Positions 49,794-59,534 of a DNA stretch of 64,000 bases are shown one piece after another. Made by a program: the position numbers and the translations under genes. The number at the start of each line of letters is the position of its first letter. Positions within the stretch are counted from its first letter, which is position 1. The notes under the pieces are model-generated. The model was not told the origin of the DNA and did not search any database. It worked only from the letters and a program-made list of their open reading frames with translations. The DNA is from Promethearchaeota archaeon. Its GTDB lineage: Archaea > Asgardarchaeota > Lokiarchaeia > Sigyniarchaeales > SOKP01. The DNA lies in the NCBI GenBank assembly GCA_048938855.1, contig JBHLLT010000009.1, positions 43,955 through 107,954 on the forward strand. The letters are read 5' to 3'.

Positions 49794-50834
49794 TTATAAT
49801 CGTGATTTGAAAAGTAAATTAGCAATTGTAGAAAAAGCATAGTCAACATTTTTACCTAGAAGTGCTGAAGTCTCAATATAACCAAGACTTAATCTTTCTA
49901 TCATTTGATCTACCATTTCTTGAGTTATAAATATTTGATCTTTCAGATCATTTTTATTTCCAATAATAAATCCTATTAATTCTTCGGGAACTTTAACTTG
50001 TTCAATCACATCAGAATACCAATTAGGAATAGTATTAAAAGTCTCTGGTCTTGTCAAATCAAATATTAAAAATACTGCATCAGTTCCTCTATAAAACTGT
50101 TGTCTCATGGTTTGGAATTTTTGTTGACCACCAATGTCCCATAAGGTTAACTGGACAACATTGTCTTCTATCTTAAATATCTTGTCTGAAACCATCACTC
50201 CTAGGGTAGGTACGTAATTTCTCCTAAAAGCATTGTTTGTATATCGTAGAATTAATGACGTTTTACCGACATTTGGGTCTCCTACTAAAATTACTTTGAA
50301 TTGGTAATCAATCAAGGTTCGATCCACAATTTTTTGACTTGGAAACGCCTCACTCTCTTGTTCAGTAGTTTCTTGTAATTTTAATTCCTCTAAAAGGGTG
50401 GAAATATTAAAATCAAGATGTTCGAGAACTTCAATATATTCTTTTCTTGTTGATCTTAATTTTTCTAACTTTGTTATTGATGGAGCGAGATTATTGAAAG
50501 GAATTGAAAGCTCATTAATATATTTGTAAAAAATTACATCATGTTGCTCCTGAAAAAGCAAAACTAAAGCAGATTGTCCTATCCCTCCCCTCCTAGATTC
50601 ATCATTCCATTTTATGTACTTAATCAATCCTTTTAAATTCATTGAAGTAAAGGGAAGAATAACTAATGATTCTGGAATAAGTCCTTGTTCTCCTGTTAAC
50701 ACGGTTAAGGTTTTTATGCTAATATGCATTAGTTCCATTTGAGTAAATGTAGCGGGTACCCAAGCAAATGGATTAGGTCCAACTTCATCATCCATCTGAA
50801 TGTAAGCAATACCTTTTACTATCGGGTGCGTCAT
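49794..50834 (-). CDS. Longin/uDENN-like domain fused to Rab-like small GTPase (paralogue)
   Basis: GDPNVGKT, YVPTLGV, WDIGGQ, GNKND, ETSAL; N-domain YIQMDDEVGPNP...NDESRRGG. Confidence 0.88.
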   Translation of the reverse strand: MTHPIVKGIAYIQMDDEVGPNPFAWVPATFTQMELMHISIKTLTVLTGEQGLIPESLVILPFTSMNLKGLIKYIKWNDESRRGGIGQSALVLLFQEQHDVIFYKYINELSIPFNNLAPSITKLEKLRSTRKEYIEVLEHLDFNISTLLEELKLQETTEQESEAFPSQKIVDRTLIDYQFKVILVGDPNVGKTSLILRYTNNAFRRNYVPTLGVMVSDKIFKIEDNVVQLTLWDIGGQQKFQTMRQQFYRGTDAVFLIFDLTRPETFNTIPNWYSDVIEQVKVPEELIGFIIGNKNDLKDQIFITQEMVDQMIERLSLGYIETSALLGKNVDYAFSTIANLLFKSRL

Positions 50835-50956
50835 AATTACATGAAATTTTTCCAGTAGATCAAGTTTTGTTTTGATATACTGTAAATTTTTCGGTTTTAA
50901 CTAATAATATAATTTTTTTAAATAAATAATAATTGCTGAAAAAAAAAGATTTTAGA

Positions 50957-51667
50957 TTATGATTTTAATCCAAAATACATAAACCAAAAGCTACTTAAAT
51001 ACCCAATTCTTACGAATATAACCCAAATTCCAGGAACTGTTAAGCCCTCTAATAACCCAAATATGCAAAAGCAAAGAGATCCTAATGAGAGATAAAGAAA
51101 ATTTTTACGGATCGCTCCTGTCGATTGAAATGCTTTATAAATAAATCCCAAACCCAAGAATATAATAACCGATATCAATAGACCTCCCATTAAGTACCCG
51201 GCGATAGTATTTAGATTAACATTATAATCAATTAAATTATTTATTGGAACCGCTGGTGGAGGCGGATTGAAATTGAAAGATTGTATAGGAAATATAATTA
51301 CAATAATTTCAAAGAAAATTGAGATCCCTAAATAAATAATAACAATATACAATTTCAATTTAGGAGTCAACAATTTAGCACCTATGAACATTGCTGTAAC
51401 TATTACGGGAGCAAACCATATGTAGGATAATATGGCAACACTACCATTATTAGGCATATTCTGTTGAACAATAAGAACCGAAAGAAAGTCCAAAAATACA
51501 CCAAAGAACATAAGCCCCGCAAGAATGTTTGCTAGTCCTAAATATGATAATAACTTAGCTTCTGTTTTTCTTGATCGATATATAAAAAATGAACCAAATA
51601 TTATACCGAAAATTACCACCCCTGAAGCAGTTATTCCATCTATCCAACCATTAATATCTAATGGCAA
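50957..51667 (-). CDS. Stand-alone 7-TM membrane protein
   Basis: 236 aa, seven hydrophobic segments counted by eye, no cytoplasmic output domain. Confidence 0.65.
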   Translation of the reverse strand: MPLDINGWIDGITASGVVIFGIIFGSFFIYRSRKTEAKLLSYLGLANILAGLMFFGVFLDFLSVLIVQQNMPNNGSVAILSYIWFAPVIVTAMFIGAKLLTPKLKLYIVIIYLGISIFFEIIVIIFPIQSFNFNPPPPAVPINNLIDYNVNLNTIAGYLMGGLLISVIIFLGLGFIYKAFQSTGAIRKNFLYLSLGSLCFCIFGLLEGLTVPGIWVIFVRIGYLSSFWFMYFGLKS

Positions 51668-51822
51668 AATTAAGACTCACCATATATAATATGTAATATT
51701 TCTAAATAATACTATTACTATTTGTTCATTATATGGTCTTCTACTCTAATAAATAAGACTGAAGATTGCAGAAATTGGTTGATTATATTTAAATAGCAAA
51801 GTAAAAAATATTTTCAGTGAAA

Positions 51823-52098
51823 TTAATCTTTAACTTTTTCTAAAACAGAGATGATTCGGTAAATTGTAGTTCGCGCGTGGAAGGGGATATTCGGATCCTG
51901 GCTCAGATCATCCACCATATACATTACATTGCTAGCAAGGACTCCGGGAGTTTCATCTTCCCTATGAAGTTCATTAATACCCCTTTGTGCAATTCTTTTA
52001 ATATTTCGAGGAACACTTCTGTCTTGCATCATTCCATTTAAAAGATATTCAACATTTTCAAAGGCTTGTTTTTCTTCATCTGTAGGTGCCCTTGGCAT
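51823..52098 (-). CDS. UPF0147 family protein
   Basis: QDRSVPRNIKR, SQDPNIPFHARTTIY; likely ATG at 52098. Confidence 0.88.
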   Translation of the reverse strand: MPRAPTDEEKQAFENVEYLLNGMMQDRSVPRNIKRIAQRGINELHREDETPGVLASNVMYMVDDLSQDPNIPFHARTTIYRIISVLEKVKD

Positions 52099-52192
52099 AA
52101 AAAATTTCACCAAAAGAAGTGTATTTAATAAATAAGCAATTAACAAGTAAAATTAATTTTATAATATAATTTTTTTGATTTTAAATAAATCT

Positions 52193-55105
52193 TTAGTAGA
52201 TTCCGAATTCACGAATTTGTCGTATTAAATTTGGGATTGCTTCATCAAATTCTATTAATTGATTTTGGAATTTCTCGAAAGATCTCTCAAATTCTTCAAT
52301 TTCACCTTGATTAATTTCTTTTACGAAATCATGAGAGATTTTTTGAATAGTGTTAAAAAAATTCTCAAATTGCTTAGTCGAATTGAGAAGGTTTTGATCC
52401 ACATTTTTACCTTGCTTTCTTACCATATTACGGAGTTTACCACGGGGGATTCGAATTCTCTCGATCAATTTATCACAGTTATTAAGGAATTCATATGATT
52501 GAGTTTTATTTTCCTCATTGAGTTTCGCTTCAATAATTTCTGTTCTCCATGTATTCATTCTTCCACTAGCAAAAGTATCAAAATTCAATGATATTGAATC
52601 AATACCTTCTCTTACAAGAAATCGCAGGAAATCAGGATCATCACTTGGAGCTTGACCGCAAATCCCAACCTTTTTTCCTTTTTGATGAGCAGTTTTTATC
52701 AAATGACTTACAGATCTTCGTATAGCTTCGCTATTAGTTGTGTATTTATAATCTTTTGCTATGGGAATTAGTTTAGAACCATCTCTATCGACACCATACG
52801 TCAACTGGGTAAGATCATTGCTTCCTATTGAAAATCCATCGAAAAATTGGCAGAATAAGTCAGCACAGATAATGTTTGAGGGTATTTCCGCCATTACATA
52901 GACTTTTAGATCATCTTCTCCTCGTATTAAACCTTCTGTTTCCATTATCTCGATTATTGCTTTTCCTTCTTCAGCGGAACGACAGAAAGGGACCATTGGA
53001 ATCACATTTCTTAGACCCCAATCTCGAGCTTTTTTAATTGCTCTTAATTCTAAAATAAAAGCCTGCTGAAATTCATCAGAAACATACCGAGAAGCACCTC
53101 TGAAACCCATCATTGGATTATTTTCATCACCTTCATAAATCCACCCCCCAATTAGATTCATATACTCATTACTTTTGAAATCTGATAATCTTACTACACA
53201 TTCAGCAAGAGTTTCATCTGGTAATTTTTTCCATACACCTGCGGCAATAGTAGCAATTCCTTCGGCAATTTTATCAACATAAAACTCTTCTTTATCATCA
53301 TAACCAACCGTAAGAGATCTAATTTTGTCTAATGTTTGTTTTAGTTTGAAAATTTCTTGATTGAATGGATCCTTATGATATAAATCACTTTTTTTAATAT
53401 TTTCAATTTTTTTTCTTTGTTCCAGCAAAATATCATATCTCATTACTAAAGCTTCGAAATCTATTAAAGCATTTGGATGAATTTGAGCTTCATCATTAAT
53501 TATGAATTCTAATCTTGCTAAACCTGTTCCATCAGGATATTTCCCAGAAGATAATGCCCCTTTCGGTATCCCTAAATTTACTAGTACCTTTGTTTTTGTT
53601 TGGGGGAGTTTTGCAAATTCAATTGTATCATAATCATATTCCACATCTTTCAACCAAATTCTTGGTTCTCCTTCACTACAATCAATTGTTACATATTCTA
53701 ATCCGTTCCGTTCTTTCTCCTTCATAATTTGGACAATATCATCAGCTCCTACTATTGATGCGATGTTTAGTTCTCGTGAAACAATAGCTGCATGACAAGT
53801 AGGTCCCCCTCTTTCTGTGATTACACCCCCTAAATTTTGCATATATGAAGTCCAATCAGGATTGGTTTCTTCCGTTATTAAAATATCTCCTTCGCGCAAT
53901 AAGTAAGCACCATTTATGGACTCAATAATTTTAATTTTTCCGTATCCAATTCTTCTTCCTATAGCGATACCAGTATTTTCAACAAATAACCTTTCTTCTT
54001 TTAATTTATCAGGATCCTCCAAAAGATAAAAAATCTCTTCCACGTCACCTTTAATACTATGAACTGTTTCAGGGCGTGCTTGAACAATATAAATTTTACC
54101 ATTATTCCCTACTGCCCATTCAATATCCATTCTCTTTCCATAATGTTCTCTAATTTTTTGAGCATACTTGGCTAGAGTTAAAACTTCGTTTTCAGTTAAA
54201 CAATATTTCATTTGCTTTTCTTGAGGTACATTGACTATTTCTGTTCCGATTTTTTCAATTCCTTTTGAAAAGATCATCATTTTTTCTTTTTTTACGAGTT
54301 CATGACGTATTATTCTAAGTTGATTAGGATCATGTTTAAAGACGATAAATTCATCCCCTTTTTCTACACCTTGAACAATTAATTCTCCTAACCCCCATGT
54401 ACCTCTAATAACTACTACATTAGGATTACCTGAATCTGGGTCTTCAGTGAACATTACACCAGAAGATTTTACTCCTCCTACCCCTCCCGCCATTTCTTGA
54501 ATGCCAACTGATAATTTTACAGCAAAGTGATCAAAACCTGCTCTCTCACGGTACATTGTGGCTCTTGTAGTAAAAACTGAAGCCATATCTTTTAGAATAT
54601 ATTCCAAAATTTCTTTCTCTCCGGATATGTTTAAATGTGTATCTTGTTGCCCAGCAAAGGAAGCGTCAGGAAGATCTTCTGCTGTAGCGGAGCTTCTAAC
54701 AGCAAATGTTGAATTTTCTCCGATTTTTTCTATTAATTTATTATAGGCTTCTAGAATTTCATCAGCAAGAGAATCAGGGATTTTCGATTGTTCAATAACA
54801 TATCTAATATTGGCACATATTTTATCGACTATTTCAACTGCCTTGATATCTTCAGATTTTAATTCATCAGATATTTTATTAATATCTCTTGCAATTAACT
54901 CTCGAAGTGAAACCTCTTTTTCTTTAATGGTATAATAATTTGTATCTAATACATAATCAAAAGCTTCTGATGTTACTGCAAACCCTAGTGGAACGGAGAT
55001 TCCAAAACTTAATAGCTCTCCTAAAGATGCATTTTTCCCACCTACAAGAGGTATATCGTCCACTCTAACATCTTCAAAGAACTTAATATATCTAAAATCA
55101 TTCAT
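52193..55105 (-). CDS. ppsA: Phosphoenolpyruvate synthase (pyruvate, water dikinase)
   Basis: VGGKNASLGE, AVRSSATAEDLPDASFAGQQDT, QARPETV, GGPTCHAAIVSRE, SIGSNDLTQ, GICGQAPSD. Confidence 0.95.
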   Translation of the reverse strand: MNDFRYIKFFEDVRVDDIPLVGGKNASLGELLSFGISVPLGFAVTSEAFDYVLDTNYYTIKEKEVSLRELIARDINKISDELKSEDIKAVEIVDKICANIRYVIEQSKIPDSLADEILEAYNKLIEKIGENSTFAVRSSATAEDLPDASFAGQQDTHLNISGEKEILEYILKDMASVFTTRATMYRERAGFDHFAVKLSVGIQEMAGGVGGVKSSGVMFTEDPDSGNPNVVVIRGTWGLGELIVQGVEKGDEFIVFKHDPNQLRIIRHELVKKEKMMIFSKGIEKIGTEIVNVPQEKQMKYCLTENEVLTLAKYAQKIREHYGKRMDIEWAVGNNGKIYIVQARPETVHSIKGDVEEIFYLLEDPDKLKEERLFVENTGIAIGRRIGYGKIKIIESINGAYLLREGDILITEETNPDWTSYMQNLGGVITERGGPTCHAAIVSRELNIASIVGADDIVQIMKEKERNGLEYVTIDCSEGEPRIWLKDVEYDYDTIEFAKLPQTKTKVLVNLGIPKGALSSGKYPDGTGLARLEFIINDEAQIHPNALIDFEALVMRYDILLEQRKKIENIKKSDLYHKDPFNQEIFKLKQTLDKIRSLTVGYDDKEEFYVDKIAEGIATIAAGVWKKLPDETLAECVVRLSDFKSNEYMNLIGGWIYEGDENNPMMGFRGASRYVSDEFQQAFILELRAIKKARDWGLRNVIPMVPFCRSAEEGKAIIEIMETEGLIRGEDDLKVYVMAEIPSNIICADLFCQFFDGFSIGSNDLTQLTYGVDRDGSKLIPIAKDYKYTTNSEAIRRSVSHLIKTAHQKGKKVGICGQAPSDDPDFLRFLVREGIDSISLNFDTFASGRMNTWRTEIIEAKLNEENKTQSYEFLNNCDKLIERIRIPRGKLRNMVRKQGKNVDQNLLNSTKQFENFFNTIQKISHDFVKEINQGEIEEFERSFEKFQNQLIEFDEAIPNLIRQIREFGIY

Positions 55106-55180
55106 ATTGATGAGAAACCCCTAAGAATTGGAATTATACGAATTTCTCTTAATAATAATTATTATTCTTCTGATTATAAA

Positions 55181-55210
55181 TTAAACGTTAATAAAAAAAA
55201 TAACGTTTAA
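55181..55210. promoter_or_regulatory. 10-bp inverted repeat upstream of ppsA
   Basis: TTAAACGTTA-N10-TAACGTTTAA with A-rich loop (U-rich on the minus strand). Confidence 0.4.
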
Positions 55211-55216
55211 ATATGT

Positions 55217-55735
55217 TTAAATTAACTCCTTTTCGAAAACTTCAAAATCAGAAGCAGTAAATAGGCAAAAAATCACTTCTTTAATTTGAGTTTCCCCTTG
55301 TAAATACTTCTTTATGGTTGTAATCATAATTTCAGCGCATCTATCAATAGGATATCCAAAAATTCCTGTTGATATAGCGGGAAATGCAATTGAGTTAAGG
55401 TTATTTTCATCCATTAGCTTTAAACTATTGAGTGTTGCCTTTTTTAATTTATCATCTTCGTTTCCTTCTCCCATTCGAGGTCCTACAGCGTGAATTACAT
55501 ATTTAGCTTTGAGATTTCCCCCTGTTGTTATAACAGCTCCTCCTACAATGGTACCACCAATTTTATTGCATTCTTCTTGAATGCTTGGGCCTCCTTTCCT
55601 CCTGATAGCTCCAGCTACACCTCCTCCTAATCTAAGTTGAGCATTAGCAGCATTTACTATTGCATCCGTATCTAGATTTGTGATATCCCCTTGAACTAAT
55701 CTTATCCTTGAATTCTTTACTTTTAATTCTCTCAT
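55217..55735 (-). CDS. Macro-domain protein (ADP-ribose binding/hydrolase)
   Basis: GDIT, AIVNAAN, GGGVAGAI, IHAVGP, AFPAISTGIFGYP; likely ATG at 55735. Confidence 0.95.
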   Translation of the reverse strand: MRELKVKNSRIRLVQGDITNLDTDAIVNAANAQLRLGGGVAGAIRRKGGPSIQEECNKIGGTIVGGAVITTGGNLKAKYVIHAVGPRMGEGNEDDKLKKATLNSLKLMDENNLNSIAFPAISTGIFGYPIDRCAEIMITTIKKYLQGETQIKEVIFCLFTASDFEVFEKELI

Positions 55736-55783
55736 AATAAACAAATCAAATTCATATTATAAAAAATAAGGAGTAAAAAAAAA

Positions 55784-56491
55784 TTATTCTTCACGGTTTT
55801 TCTTGAAGATTTCATCAAGTTTAGCTTTATCTTCATCACTCATCTTACTCATTGCTTCAATGTTTTGTCGCATTAAATCCATCATTATTTTTTGAGAGAT
55901 CATCTGATTTAATACAGGTAAAGCAATCCTCATTCGAGTTAATTCATAATGCATTGTTTTTGCTGTCTCTCGCATTTCTTTTAACTCTTCAGGAGTCATG
56001 CCTTCCTCACCCACTCCTGGACAATCAGCATCAACAACAATAAAATTTTTCCCATCAAACTCAAGTGGATATGTCCGGCAACTTAATGGACGATTATCAT
56101 AGACTAAACACTTTTTATCATCTTTATTATACAAAGGACATTTAACAGTAAGTAGTTCTTCAATAGGAACTGCACCAAAAGGATCTTTTGGTTCTGCTTT
56201 TTCTTCTCCTTCTTCTGGAGGTGGAGCTAGTGGTTTTAAAATTAAGTCAATCCCCCCATCAGGTTTATTGTAAATGTCCAAGTAAGGCATAAAATTAGCC
56301 ACAACTCCATTACGTGCCCACATTTCTAAATCCCAGAAAGTTATTGGAATCGGACCACGAGCAAGGCAACAGTCATCACATCTAGTACATTTAAATGTAA
56401 ATTTTGCTTTAGGTTTATCTGTTTCGGTATCTTCATCCTTTTTTACTTCATTATCTTCTGGAGTTTGAGGTTCTTTTTCTTCATCTACCAT
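55784..56491 (-). CDS. YkgJ-family cysteine cluster protein
   Basis: FKCTRCDDCC, CPLY...CLVYDNRPLSCRTYP, CPG. Confidence 0.88.
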   Translation of the reverse strand: MVDEEKEPQTPEDNEVKKDEDTETDKPKAKFTFKCTRCDDCCLARGPIPITFWDLEMWARNGVVANFMPYLDIYNKPDGGIDLILKPLAPPPEEGEEKAEPKDPFGAVPIEELLTVKCPLYNKDDKKCLVYDNRPLSCRTYPLEFDGKNFIVVDADCPGVGEEGMTPEELKEMRETAKTMHYELTRMRIALPVLNQMISQKIMMDLMRQNIEAMSKMSDEDKAKLDEIFKKNREE

Positions 56492-56595
56492 TTATTTAAT
56501 CACTTAATATATATTTTCTGAAGATCTATTTGAGAAAGAAGAATTCAAACTAGAAAAAAAATTTTATTTTAATGTTATAAAAAAAAAGTATATTT

Positions 56596-57198
56596 TCATG
56601 ATGTCATGAAAAACTTTTCTTCATCAAATAGGCGTCCAAGATTCATTAATGCAGGTTCAATATCATTTTTCTTATGAATTCCAGTACAAACGACTTTTCC
56701 TGAATTAAATATCAAAAAAACTGACTTAATTGGCTTAGTGGACCGATAAATCAATCCTGGAAAGATTTCTGGTTCATAAATGGTATCTGGCAGTTTTAAT
56801 AACACTCTATCAAGATTAATATGATTAAAAAAGTTAGCGGTTATTACAATATTTACAATTTTGGGACGAATTGAATTTAAAGCAATATTTGTTTCAATAA
56901 TTTCATTTAGTTTTAAAATCAATCTATTTAATGCTATTTTAATATGATTGAATGATTTTAATCCAGTTAATATCATTTTTCCATTCTTAAAAAGAATTAT
57001 GACACACTTTGGATGATTTTCTCTAATGAAAAGTCCTGGAAAACGTTCTGAATTATATTCTGTGTTTTGTATTCCTTCTGAAACTTTATTTAAATCTATT
57101 TGTTTTCCCAGATTGAGAGAAGTCTTAGCAACTATATTTTGAATAGTATATATTAAACTTCTACTATGATCCTCTGTGGCGAGGTCAATATCTGTCAA
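56596..57198 (-). CDS. tbp: TATA-box binding protein (TBP) family
   Basis: Two repeats: IQNIVA...ERFPGL...LFKNGKMILTG and IVNIVI...YEPEIFPGLIYR...LIFNSGKVVCTG. Confidence 0.92.
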   Translation of the reverse strand: MTDIDLATEDHSRSLIYTIQNIVAKTSLNLGKQIDLNKVSEGIQNTEYNSERFPGLFIRENHPKCVIILFKNGKMILTGLKSFNHIKIALNRLILKLNEIIETNIALNSIRPKIVNIVITANFFNHINLDRVLLKLPDTIYEPEIFPGLIYRSTKPIKSVFLIFNSGKVVCTGIHKKNDIEPALMNLGRLFDEEKFFMTS

Positions 57199-57487
57199 CG
57201 GACTCCCAAAATGTTATTAGTTTAAAGTAAAGTCATTTAGTTATTAAGTTGGCATTCTATTTAATTATAATTCTTCCGTTTTTCTCAATCATAAATATTT
57301 TTGGAAAGATATTTGGAAAAATCTATAAAAACAAGGTTAGAAATTAATAATAAATTTGTATTTTAAACAGCTCTCAGAAATATTATAACAATCAAAATTA
57401 AATAGACTGATGATATAACCTTTCTAATAAAAATTTTTAATTAAGCTAAATTTCTACTTTTATAATTGATTTTTTTGTACATCTATC

Positions 57488-57721
57488 ATGAAGCACATTA
57501 TTTTGAAAAAAATATTCATTTGGATATTACTTACAATCAACTTATTATTCGCGTTTGTTATTGGTTTAACAATTCCCTTACTGCAAGCAGCGAGTTTTAT
57601 GAATCTTGGATTTGTAATGATTCCATTATTAATAATTCTTAACTACGTAATTATAGATAGATTTCATTATTATTTAAGGCATAGAAATGATAAAGGAGAT
57701 GATATAGATGCAAATATTTAA
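57488..57721 (+). CDS. Small 2-TM membrane protein
   Basis: 77 aa, two hydrophobic helices; overlaps the archaeosortase start. Confidence 0.55.
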   Translation: MKHIILKKIFIWILLTINLLFAFVIGLTIPLLQAASFMNLGFVMIPLLIILNYVIIDRFHYYLRHRNDKGDDIDANI

Positions 57722-58577
57722 AAAATTAAGTAAAATAAAAAAACCAATTATTGAATATTACGAGCGTAAGTATATTTTTTCTTTGAGATCCTTGATAATA
57801 TTAGCTATTGGAGCTCCCTTATCTGCCTATTTAATTTACTTGTTTTTCGATATGCCATACAATAGATGGTTGCATGAAATAGTGGTGAAACAGACCACAT
57901 ATTTTCTAAATTTGTTTTTCAATATGGGCGCAGAAGCTCAATTTGCTCCAAGTGGAATTTATGATTGGAGATTTCTTATTCCTGGCAGAACTCCGATATA
58001 TTTTGAGACATTTTGTACAGGAATTCAAGCTATTTGTATTTTTGCAGGAATTATTATTTTTACACCACATAGTCAAGATCAAGATACTAAAGAAGATATT
58101 ATATGGAGAAAAACGAAAGCTCTTGTAGTTTCTTCAGCAATTTTTTATGTAGTAAATATTATTCGAATGATAATACAATTAGAATTATATTATATTGGCT
58201 ACGAATGGAACGATATACACGTATCAATATCTGCAGCTTCTTCCTTTATAGCTGCTATTATTGTTTTATTAATGCATAAATGGATTCCCGAATTCATTTT
58301 GTCAATAATTTATGTTGGTACTCTTGTAAGTGAACCAATAAAGCAAAAACGGAAAAAAATAGTAAAAGAAATGGTAAAACAGCAAAATAAAGTTGATCTG
58401 AAAATAATGCGTAAAGTATTAAGGATTAATAAAAAGAATTTTTTAAGAGAAATCGAAGCATGGTCTGAGAAATTTGGCTATCATATTGATGAAAAATATC
58501 TAGTAATATCCCCCAATGATGTTTCCACTTTTATTACTTTATTAATGCAAGATAAACCATTTAAAGAGGAAACGTAA
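57708..58577 (+). CDS. Archaeosortase/exosortase family protein with C-terminal soluble extension
   Basis: Catalytic Cys in FETFCTG, Arg in NIIRM, His in WNDIH; multi-TM. Confidence 0.85.
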   Translation: MQIFKKLSKIKKPIIEYYERKYIFSLRSLIILAIGAPLSAYLIYLFFDMPYNRWLHEIVVKQTTYFLNLFFNMGAEAQFAPSGIYDWRFLIPGRTPIYFETFCTGIQAICIFAGIIIFTPHSQDQDTKEDIIWRKTKALVVSSAIFYVVNIIRMIIQLELYYIGYEWNDIHVSISAASSFIAAIIVLLMHKWIPEFILSIIYVGTLVSEPIKQKRKKIVKEMVKQQNKVDLKIMRKVLRINKKNFLREIEAWSEKFGYHIDEKYLVISPNDVSTFITLLMQDKPFKEET

Positions 58578-58631
58578 CTATAACTGCTTTTTAACATTAG
58601 TTTTTATTAATCATTATTTTTTCATTAAATT

Positions 58632-59534
58632 ATGTTAGATATTGAAACAGATCAAAAAGAAATCCAAGTGGATAATGTAATATTTGGTGGCCAGCCCGGA
58701 AAAAATCCAATAGTTATGATAGCAACTGTTTTTTATAGAAAACATGCCGCTTTATTGGATGAAAAAAAGGGTGAATTTGATAAACGTATCCTAGAAAAAG
58801 AATTGAATGATTACACTGAAGTTATTGAAGATACAAAATTACAGGGAGTAATCGATGTTGTTGGTTCTTATCCAGATGCTTTAATAAAACAATGTGAATA
58901 TATCGCAGATATTGTAGAATATCCATTCTTAGTTGATGGTTTAAATGATTCATCCAGAATTCCAGCTATGAAAGGGTTGAGAGAAATAGGACTCCTTGAT
59001 CGTGCTATTTTAAATAGTATTGATGAAAATACAACCGAAGAAAGATTAGAAGAACTAAAAGCTATTGGAGTAAAAAATGCTGTACTATTAACATTTGGAA
59101 ACAGATATATCTTTCCAAAACAGAAATTGAAATTCTTAAAAGAAACGTTAATACCTAAAGCAGAAAAAGCAAATATTGAAAATATAATTGTGGACACAGC
59201 TGTGTTAGACCTACCATCAATATCAATCAATTTTGAGACAACAGGGCTAATTAAAAAAGAATTAGGACTCCCGACTGGGTTTGCTCCGGCGAATGCGATA
59301 TACGGATGGAATTTTGTTAAAAAATATGGCGAGGTTGCTCGATGTGGAGCAATTGCTTCTATAATGACATATTGTGCTTCAGCTCCTAGTGATTTTATTT
59401 TATTTGGCCCAATAAAGTTTGCAAAATGTGTTATACCTGCAGTATCTTTAATCTCGGGTGTAAACTCTTATTATCAAAAAAGAGTTAAAAGAAATAAAAT
59501 ATCTGAGAGGAGTCCGCTACAAGTTATTTTTTAA
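58632..59534 (+). CDS. MtrH-family methyltransferase (pterin-binding methyl acceptor subunit), stand-alone
   Basis: GGQPGKNP, VFYRKH, RAILNSI, IVDTAV, GLPTG, DFILFGPI; no other mtr genes adjacent. Confidence 0.85.
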   Translation: MLDIETDQKEIQVDNVIFGGQPGKNPIVMIATVFYRKHAALLDEKKGEFDKRILEKELNDYTEVIEDTKLQGVIDVVGSYPDALIKQCEYIADIVEYPFLVDGLNDSSRIPAMKGLREIGLLDRAILNSIDENTTEERLEELKAIGVKNAVLLTFGNRYIFPKQKLKFLKETLIPKAEKANIENIIVDTAVLDLPSISINFETTGLIKKELGLPTGFAPANAIYGWNFVKKYGEVARCGAIASIMTYCASAPSDFILFGPIKFAKCVIPAVSLISGVNSYYQKRVKRNKISERSPLQVIF

